A stretch of 64,000 nt of DNA from a virus. The stretch is taken from the IMG/VR virus record IMGVR_UViG_3300042898_002099. One strand, 5' to 3'. The notes under the pieces were generated by a model. The model saw only the letters and a program-made list of their open reading frames with translations, had not been told where the DNA came from and ran no database searches. Below, in pieces: positions 57,152 to 64,000 of the stretch; positions within the stretch are counted from its first letter, which is position 1; each line of letters begins with the position of its first letter. The position numbers were made by a program, and so were the translations under genes.

Positions 57152-60100
57152 TTATAAGTTAAATAGCGATGTTACGGAATCGGCTGTCAAACTATTGGAT
57201 GCATTGCTTGCACGCAATGCAGGATTATCTATAGTAATTGCCGAGAACGTATCTATTTCTGTATCGTTTGTTACTTTCACTTCTAACGACTTTGCATTAT
57301 ATGGCATTGTTTCATTATTTATTTCGCTAAAAACACTCAATCCTGCAGGATGTAGTACAGAGCGAATACTGCTACCCCATTCTTCTATAGACTTAGATGA
57401 ACGTATAACATACGAAAATGGTTGATAAAATGCAATCGAATCTTCTGTTGCATATTGGGTCTTGCCTTGCAGATACATATTTTCTGATAGCTGTCCCGAT
57501 GTATCTTTCCAATATGATTTTGCAATAGCCATACCACCTATGTTGGCACGCAATGTTGCAGTATCTAAAAAGCGAAGGACTATATTTCCAGTATGCGTAG
57601 CAGCCGAAGATAAATATGTGTTTCCAGAATCTATAATTTCAATTAAAGGTGATGATGTATTCCTATTTGGTATTTCTATATAGAAAAATTCAGCTTGCTC
57701 AAACAAATAATCGTCTCTAATTTCAAGAGTTATATTTGCAATGTTTGAACTAATTGCAGGAAAATACCCGTCTAAAGAACTTATTCTATCAAAATCACCT
57801 AAAGTAATATCACCCTTTTGACCTATAATTCTCCAAGGAATTATAGTACCGTCAGGTATATTTGAAGTGACTAATGATAAAGTAACATTGCTACCTTCAA
57901 CTACCCTGGTCCTATTTGCGTTAATAACAAAATCGGGTCTGGTTGTAACTGAAGTATCTAATACTGTTATTGTACTTGATACTTGTAAAGAATATGGAAA
58001 AGTAGGATCTAATAATAAAACTATTGTTTCAAGCCCTTCAGATTTTTTATCATCTAAAACAGTTAACGTAAGATTTGCTTGTGTTTGGTTTGCTGTTCCT
58101 GTAGGTAAAAATGTAAGAACTCCGGTAAGAACACCTTCTGCAATATCATCTGCTTGTATACCAAATATTCTATATGGCACAACTGTACCAGGAGTTAGAT
58201 CTACTGCCTTTATAAAGAAGTTAGCATAACTACCTTCATATATTGCAGAAGAAACAGATGTTATACTAAATTTAACTACTATATTTGACGTTGTAGTTGA
58301 AGTATCTTTTACGATGACGCCTATGTTTTGATTTGCGCCCGTACCTGTTAAAGTTAAATAAAATGTTTCATCAAATTCTGTTTTTAAATCTTTTTTAAGA
58401 TCCAGTGTTATTCTGCCTTGATTGCTACGAACATTAAAATTTCCAGACAACGAAGTTAATCCGGTAAAATCATCTGTACCAATACCAGTTCCCGTAATTG
58501 TAAATGGCACCAATGTGTTATTAGGTATACCGCTGGTATCCAATATAATCGTTACATTGGAGCCTTCGTTTACCGTAGATGAAGTTGTTGATAGGGTATA
58601 CGTTGGCACCACAATAGGATCTACAGATTTAAGTTTCACAGAAATATCATCATTGCCAGTATTAATATACAACGTGTCTATTAATGTAAGATAACGATTG
58701 GGCGACCCCTGCAAACTAAAAAGGTCATTAGCACCTCCAGCAGTGTCTGGAATTTGATTTAATTTAGCATTTGCTATTATAAGATTTCGAGCAGCACTAT
58801 GAGATAATGTCGGCGATGCTTCTAACGCACATGCCAACATGCCGGTGACCTGCGGCGCAGCCATACTCGTCCCACTAAGTTTTGCTATATAATAAGCGCT
58901 GTTTCTTGGATCAGGTACAGGAGTAGTACCTGTCGTGGCGCCGGTAGTTGTAAGCCACGCACTGGCAATAAGTGCTCCGGGTGCATACAAATCAACTCTT
59001 GGACCACAAGAGCTCGTGTCTTGTTTTCTGTCTGCACCTGGACTTGAAATTGAAGATGATATATTACCTACACATATGACAGTCGATGTGGAACCCGGTG
59101 AAGAACCTTGGTTAAAATATATAGGATTACCCGAATTAATTCCCGATGCTGTCACAGTATTGTTATAATCAATATCGGTGGGATCGGTTGTTATTTTAAC
59201 ACTATCATTACCAGCGCAGGCTACCATAATAATGCCAGCATCAATACAAGCTTGTATATCAGCATCCATCGCAGCATTTCTTAGTCCAATAAGAACATTA
59301 TTGCTGGAGTTAACAATAATGCCATACGTTGCCAGCTGATTAATAGTAAATGGGCCAGACACAGTTGAGCCACGATATGTCAGAGAAGTGATATTACCAT
59401 ATGGGATTGTGTAGCGAGAATACCAACTACTGTTTACGATTGTTGGCGTCATGTTGCCAACTGAACGTTTTTGGTTGTGCCACTCTAATATGTATTTGTA
59501 CAAATAGGTATATTGTACGCCACCTGTTACATATTGAGGACTTATGTTATAGATGTTAGCATTAGGCGCCCAACCTTGCGTATTTCCCGCAGCAATACCT
59601 GCCACGTGTGCTGCATGTCTGCTATCATCAGAAGAAGAAGTACGATTAGTTGTTATTGGAGGATTATATACACTGCCATATGCGGCATCACCGGGTATGT
59701 TTAGATTATACCAATTAAAATACTTTACTCTACTGCCGCCAGTGCCATCTGAATTCACAGCAAATTCAGGATGAGATGGATCTAAGACCCCATCTACGAT
59801 AACTATATCAACGTTTTTACCACTGGCTTTAAGCGCAACTGTACCAGACAAGTTTGAAGTTGCAGTGGCTGGCGAAGATCCCCAATTGTTATTAGGATTA
59901 GACCCATACCAAGACCTATATAATCCCCAATTGCGGTCTAAATTAGTCACAGTAAATGACTTGCTCCAACTGCCAGATGTTCTAGACCAAGAAATCAAAT
60001 TAGTTGAGTCAATCAAAAGCCCACCTGCAACGCCAGATAGTCTCAATACAAATGTTTCATCTGATTCTGTTTTTAAATCGTTCTTAATATTTAAAGTTAT

Positions 60101-60298
60101 TCTACCTTGATTATTGAGAATAATAAAGTTACCAGACAACGAAGCTAAACCTACAAAATCGTCTGTATCAATACCTGTACCAGTAATTGTATATGGCACA
60201 AGTGTATTATTCGGTATACCTACAGTATCCAATGTAATTGTTACAGCGGAACCTTCGTTTACTGTAGATGATGTTGCTGATAGAGTATACGTTGCCAT
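57152..60298 (-). CDS. gp7 C-terminal part fused to Calx-beta/Ig-like repeats and a subtilisin (S8) protease domain
   Basis: Triad VIVDG / RHAAHVAGIAAG / SGTSMAAPQVTG; repeats beginning VNEGS/IYEGS/VVEGS; gp7-type end YQPFSYVIRS....W...IRSVLHPAG. Confidence 0.82.
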   Translation of the reverse strand: MATYTLSATSSTVNEGSAVTITLDTVGIPNNTLVPYTITGTGIDTDDFVGLASLSGNFIILNNQGRITLNIKNDLKTESDETFVLRLSGVAGGLLIDSTNLISWSRTSGSWSKSFTVTNLDRNWGLYRSWYGSNPNNNWGSSPATATSNLSGTVALKASGKNVDIVIVDGVLDPSHPEFAVNSDGTGGSRVKYFNWYNLNIPGDAAYGSVYNPPITTNRTSSSDDSRHAAHVAGIAAGNTQGWAPNANIYNISPQYVTGGVQYTYLYKYILEWHNQKRSVGNMTPTIVNSSWYSRYTIPYGNITSLTYRGSTVSGPFTINQLATYGIIVNSSNNVLIGLRNAAMDADIQACIDAGIIMVACAGNDSVKITTDPTDIDYNNTVTASGINSGNPIYFNQGSSPGSTSTVICVGNISSSISSPGADRKQDTSSCGPRVDLYAPGALIASAWLTTTGATTGTTPVPDPRNSAYYIAKLSGTSMAAPQVTGMLACALEASPTLSHSAARNLIIANAKLNQIPDTAGGANDLFSLQGSPNRYLTLIDTLYINTGNDDISVKLKSVDPIVVPTYTLSTTSSTVNEGSNVTIILDTSGIPNNTLVPFTITGTGIGTDDFTGLTSLSGNFNVRSNQGRITLDLKKDLKTEFDETFYLTLTGTGANQNIGVIVKDTSTTTSNIVVKFSITSVSSAIYEGSYANFFIKAVDLTPGTVVPYRIFGIQADDIAEGVLTGVLTFLPTGTANQTQANLTLTVLDDKKSEGLETIVLLLDPTFPYSLQVSSTITVLDTSVTTRPDFVINANRTRVVEGSNVTLSLVTSNIPDGTIIPWRIIGQKGDITLGDFDRISSLDGYFPAISSNIANITLEIRDDYLFEQAEFFYIEIPNRNTSSPLIEIIDSGNTYLSSAATHTGNIVLRFLDTATLRANIGGMAIAKSYWKDTSGQLSENMYLQGKTQYATEDSIAFYQPFSYVIRSSKSIEEWGSSIRSVLHPAGLSVFSEINNETMPYNAKSLEVKVTNDTEIDTFSAITIDNPALRASNASNSLTADSVTSLFNL

Positions 60299-61675
60299 TT
60301 AAAATCCAGGATATTTGTATCTAATTGATCTTACATTTGGAATAGATGTAATTGTAGCATTATGTGAGGTATTGTCAATTGGACTAAACACATTTCCAGT
60401 ATAATATGCGTTTATATTTTTACCTCTGACTAAACCGTGTTGTATTGGAAATGTTAAGGTAACTTGTCCATTTTTAACAATATAAGTTCCTGTTAAAGAT
60501 TCAGTTGGTAATCCGGGATCAATTATTGTCTTTGCGCTATAATTTAATCCGGGTTCAATAATTTCTATATTTGTGATTGCGCCAAATCTATTCACACTAT
60601 TAATTTTTGCTCTTCCAAGAATACCCGCCTCGTCAGTAATATTTATTGCATTATTCTTTTTATATCCTAACCCACCGTCGACGATATCTATTCTGCTAAC
60701 AACTGAATATAGTCTTGCTGTTAATTTGGTTGTTGTAAAATTTTCACCTGTGAGTAATATAGTTTTTGTTGCAGATATTTGTTCGTCTGCTAAAAATTCT
60801 CCAGTAATACTAGTTGTATCTAACATTAATTCATATACATCAAATCCGTTCAAATCAATTTTAATTACTTTATTAACAATTGCTTTTGCTTTTGACGTTA
60901 TACCAACTATTTCAGTATTTTCAAAATCAAAAATGTTTTGTCTACCGGTAATTTGCTTAACTCTTAGAGCTCTAGGAGTAACCAATTTTCCATCAGATGA
61001 TTTTAAAACAATATCATACGGATAGAAGAAATCAATAGATTCTCTGTAAAGAACATTGAACAATAATCTATATGCGGGCTCAGTGCCTTTTTTACTATAG
61101 ATTTCTCTTATTTTCTTTATCAGCAACCTATTATTTGCGCTGCTAGAAACAGTTAAATCGCTTGCATAATTTTGAATAAATCTAGTAACTAAATTTTCTG
61201 TTGTCTCATCGATGTCTGCATATTTAGAAATATCCTGTAATATCTCTTGTGCTTGATTATTTTGTTCTAAAAATTCATAGTATGCTTTTATGAATGTGAC
61301 AAACATACCATAATCAGATTGTATGAAATCTGGTAACTGATCCTCAACTAAAATTGATAATCTATTTTGTATTCTTTTAAAAGGATTCTCTGCACCATTA
61401 CCGTTATGCAAGGTATAAATTAAAGGATCTCTTAATTGTGCTAAATTCTTAAAACTATCTGGTATATAAAATTCACCCGTTCTACCATAAAATGTTAGTG
61501 TCTGATAAATGCCTTTGCCGGCTCTATCTATATCTGCTTGTATTGCTTCTTTACGTGTAGTGTATAACGGATAAAACCATCCTTCTAGATAACCAGCAAA
61601 AGATTCGGGTCTAGATGTTCCGTATAATTTTAAAGGACCCAATAAAGTATCGGGCGCAAAAATATTTTCTGCCAT
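60299..61675 (-). CDS. baseplate wedge initiator gp7-like, N-terminal part
   Basis: QLPDFIQSDY..FVTFIKAYYEFLE, IKKIREIYSKKGTE.AYRLLFNVLY, YPYD.VLKSSDGK. Confidence 0.82.
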   Translation of the reverse strand: MAENIFAPDTLLGPLKLYGTSRPESFAGYLEGWFYPLYTTRKEAIQADIDRAGKGIYQTLTFYGRTGEFYIPDSFKNLAQLRDPLIYTLHNGNGAENPFKRIQNRLSILVEDQLPDFIQSDYGMFVTFIKAYYEFLEQNNQAQEILQDISKYADIDETTENLVTRFIQNYASDLTVSSSANNRLLIKKIREIYSKKGTEPAYRLLFNVLYRESIDFFYPYDIVLKSSDGKLVTPRALRVKQITGRQNIFDFENTEIVGITSKAKAIVNKVIKIDLNGFDVYELMLDTTSITGEFLADEQISATKTILLTGENFTTTKLTARLYSVVSRIDIVDGGLGYKKNNAINITDEAGILGRAKINSVNRFGAITNIEIIEPGLNYSAKTIIDPGLPTESLTGTYIVKNGQVTLTFPIQHGLVRGKNINAYYTGNVFSPIDNTSHNATITSIPNVRSIRYKYPGF

Positions 61676-61676
61676 T

Positions 61677-63521
61677 TTATTGTGCGGTTACTGTTACTGT
61701 TAACCCAGCTAAACGCTTGGATGTTGTATCTAATGTGCCATCATCTATAATAAGTATTAAATCTTTTGTTGCGTTAATATCTAATTCTTCAATTTTAGCA
61801 TAAAATCGAATGTCACTTGTGTTTTCAATATATCCTGCAGGATTTAAACTTGCTATAGATATTGTTCCATTGACATAATCAACGGTTCCTAGTGATGATA
61901 CTAATAAACTATCTGTATAAAGATCATATAAATTTAAACTACTAGTACCGTTTGTTGTTAAAATATCTTTAATGTATACTGCTTTTATATCATCATTTAT
62001 TTTATAAAAAAATCCTGTAGACTGTATGCTTCCTGATAATAATTTATTTGCAAATTTTATAGTTGTTGCGCCGGTATAACTATTTGATATATTAACTACA
62101 GGCGTTATTCTTTTATGAATTCTAAAATTTGTTACGTTACCAACAATGGATGAGTTAATTGAATCTATTGTCTTAGATAATTTAGAATATACAAAATCCT
62201 TATCAAATTGTTGTAGTTCTGTAGAAAAATATTCTTCAATTTTTGCTTTAGCTAAGATTTGTATTTCGGGTGTGGTATATCTTGAATTTGCTGGATCAAA
62301 TTTTACTTTTGTTTCCAAAGTAATATGTAAGTAATTTGGATCAACAAATTCAGGTATAATAGACATTATTTTTTTATCTTGTAAAATGTCTTGCAATATT
62401 TTATTTTTAAGTTCTGTATTAATAGTGTAGCCAAAATATGGCTTCAATGAAATAATAACCTTACCATATTTTGGTGGAATGTTTTCTTCTCCTCCCCAAA
62501 CAGATACAGATTCCACTAACGGATAATTGGATTCAATAATTGCTTTATAATCTTTTGCTGTCACTGCTCTATTAAATGAAGATAAGAAACGAGGAGCTTT
62601 AAATTTAATGTCTTCTAATGTGTCTGGTTCAGCACCACCCGTTGAGTTTGTTGCCGCTATTATAGTAGACCCTAAATTAACACCGCCTACAAGTGCGCCC
62701 AACGAAAATCTTTGTTCTATCTCCCCAGACACATTGCAAACGGAACCATTACTAATTAAGTATTCAATTTTTACTAAATTACCAGATACTAATTTTTTGC
62801 CCAAAATATTGTCACCAAAAAATATTTCATAAAATCCAGAAGGATTTTCTTCTAAGAAAAACACTTTTGATTCGGCTGTCAATGCTTCTAAATTGTCTGT
62901 TAGACTATAACTTTGTGTTGTTAGATCAGTGTACGAATTTTGAACCGTTACCCTAATTGTGGTTGTATCTATATTTTTATTTGGTATTGTATATTTTTCT
63001 TCAGGTCCAGAAACATCAACTCTATAAACATAACTTAATGATTCACCCTCTACTATGTCAATATCTGTGAATGTATAGACACCATTTGTTGGTTTAATTG
63101 TTACTGAATCTAAGTTTGAAAACGTATACTGAGTATTATTAATTGTTGTGGTAAAGGGTGAAAACTTAGGTAGTGTTAAAGTGGGCGGCGTATCTACCGG
63201 ATCATTAATTGTGAATGAAACTTTTGCTATAGCGCTTCTATAAGACAATGGTCGATATCCCAAATGTTTTGCAATTGATACCGCAGATTCTCTTTTAACG
63301 ACAGAATCTAAAAACATTTCATTCGCAACCATATTTGCTAAGTAAGCATTATAGTGTGTATTGTATGATAACAAATCTATTAGTATAGATAAACTAGATG
63401 CTTCAAAATCATAATCTTTAAAAATAAGATTATTATCTTTATCTCTATAGTTTGTTAAAAATTGTTTGAGATTGACTTTAATATCATCAAAGTCTAATTC
63501 TGCTAATCTGTAATTTGCCAT
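61677..63521 (-). CDS. gp6: baseplate wedge subunit
   Basis: ELDFDDIK.NLK, DYDFEAS.LS.LID.LSYNTHYNAY.ANM..NE.FLDS, RAVTAKDY, VWGGEEN.PP.YGKV.IS. Confidence 0.96.
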   Translation of the reverse strand: MANYRLAELDFDDIKVNLKQFLTNYRDKDNNLIFKDYDFEASSLSILIDLLSYNTHYNAYLANMVANEMFLDSVVKRESAVSIAKHLGYRPLSYRSAIAKVSFTINDPVDTPPTLTLPKFSPFTTTINNTQYTFSNLDSVTIKPTNGVYTFTDIDIVEGESLSYVYRVDVSGPEEKYTIPNKNIDTTTIRVTVQNSYTDLTTQSYSLTDNLEALTAESKVFFLEENPSGFYEIFFGDNILGKKLVSGNLVKIEYLISNGSVCNVSGEIEQRFSLGALVGGVNLGSTIIAATNSTGGAEPDTLEDIKFKAPRFLSSFNRAVTAKDYKAIIESNYPLVESVSVWGGEENIPPKYGKVIISLKPYFGYTINTELKNKILQDILQDKKIMSIIPEFVDPNYLHITLETKVKFDPANSRYTTPEIQILAKAKIEEYFSTELQQFDKDFVYSKLSKTIDSINSSIVGNVTNFRIHKRITPVVNISNSYTGATTIKFANKLLSGSIQSTGFFYKINDDIKAVYIKDILTTNGTSSLNLYDLYTDSLLVSSLGTVDYVNGTISIASLNPAGYIENTSDIRFYAKIEELDINATKDLILIIDDGTLDTTSKRLAGLTVTVTAQ

Positions 63522-63920
63522 TTATCGTACTCTACTTAGTAAAGTTGTAATTGTTATTGGATTGTCTGTATTCTTTAAAGCAAATACTATATTCACAAGT
63601 AAATCGTTATCCTCAACTGTTTCCGAAACATTTACCTCTATTAATCTAACTCTTGTTTCAAATTTTGTTATTGATTGCTGTATAGTTCTTTCCATTGCAA
63701 GTTTTACTGCTGGCGAAAAGTTTTCAAAAAGCAATGAATGTACTTGTGTACCTATTTCGGGATGAAAAGGTCTTTCAAAATTTCGTGTTTGTATTAGATG
63801 TTTTAAAGCTGTTTTAACTGCTTCCTCATCTGTTTTTAAATACAGGTCTTTCGTAAAAGGGTTAACCTTAAAAGAAAGATCTAAATCTACAAACTTTTTT
63901 ATCGATTTTTGTGTTGCCAT
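63522..63920 (-). CDS. gp25: baseplate wedge subunit
   Basis: DLDLSF..NP.T.D, ERPFHPEIG....LLFEN, FETRV. Confidence 0.94.
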   Translation of the reverse strand: MATQKSIKKFVDLDLSFKVNPFTKDLYLKTDEEAVKTALKHLIQTRNFERPFHPEIGTQVHSLLFENFSPAVKLAMERTIQQSITKFETRVRLIEVNVSETVEDNDLLVNIVFALKNTDNPITITTLLSRVR

Positions 63921-64000
63921 AATTGATATTTATTAACCTAGATTTACCAATTTATTGTATTTAGATTGATGGTTCACAAATGTTTGAACACTTGCGCCCC

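Noticed and set aside
60296-60301. In-frame TAA-ATG junction between the two gp7 halves, suggesting readthrough or recoding
   Set aside because: The same TAA-ATG abutment occurs at gp25/gp6 and exonuclease/GT; it is ordinary tight packing, and genes read normally in the standard code
561-63765. Numerous short + strand ORFs and out-of-frame nested - strand ORFs in the track
   Set aside because: They lie within or opposite well-supported minus-strand genes and show no recognisable motifs
63933-64000. 3' end of an upstream minus-strand gene (...VQTFVNHQSKYNKLVNLG*)
   Set aside because: Too short to assign a product
1-64000. tRNAs, CRISPR arrays, introns, inteins, homing endonucleases
   Set aside because: None recognised by eye; intergenic gaps are short and gp17, gp46 and uvsW are of normal length

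Overview
A 64 kb, AT-rich segment of a T4-like myovirus genome with cyanophage/freshwater-type gene order. Essentially all real genes are on the minus strand. From the right end: baseplate (gp25, gp6, split gp7, gp8, VrlC/DUF4815-like), fibres, neck (gp13-15), terminase (gp16/17), sheath/tube, portal, prohead, gp23, gp3, uvsY/uvsW and gp55. A DNA-modification island follows (mazG-like, queE, folE, exonuclease, GT-A glycosyltransferase, dpdA/TGT-like, DpdL-like T-fold, GT-B glycosyltransferase, galE, queD), then small accessory genes, gp47/gp46, a 2OG-Fe(II) oxygenase, a MoxR-AAA/VWA pair and a GDP-fucose/colitose glycosylation island. The best candidate for an undescribed system is the 7-deazaguanine cluster. 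It has no queC in the window and is interleaved with two glycosyltransferases and GalE. The transglycosylase and one glycosyltransferase both end in a T4 sliding-clamp-binding-like motif, and queD is preceded by a riboswitch-like pseudoknot. Together these suggest a replication-coupled, possibly glycosylated deazaguanine base. All assignments come from motif recognition by eye; no searches were run.
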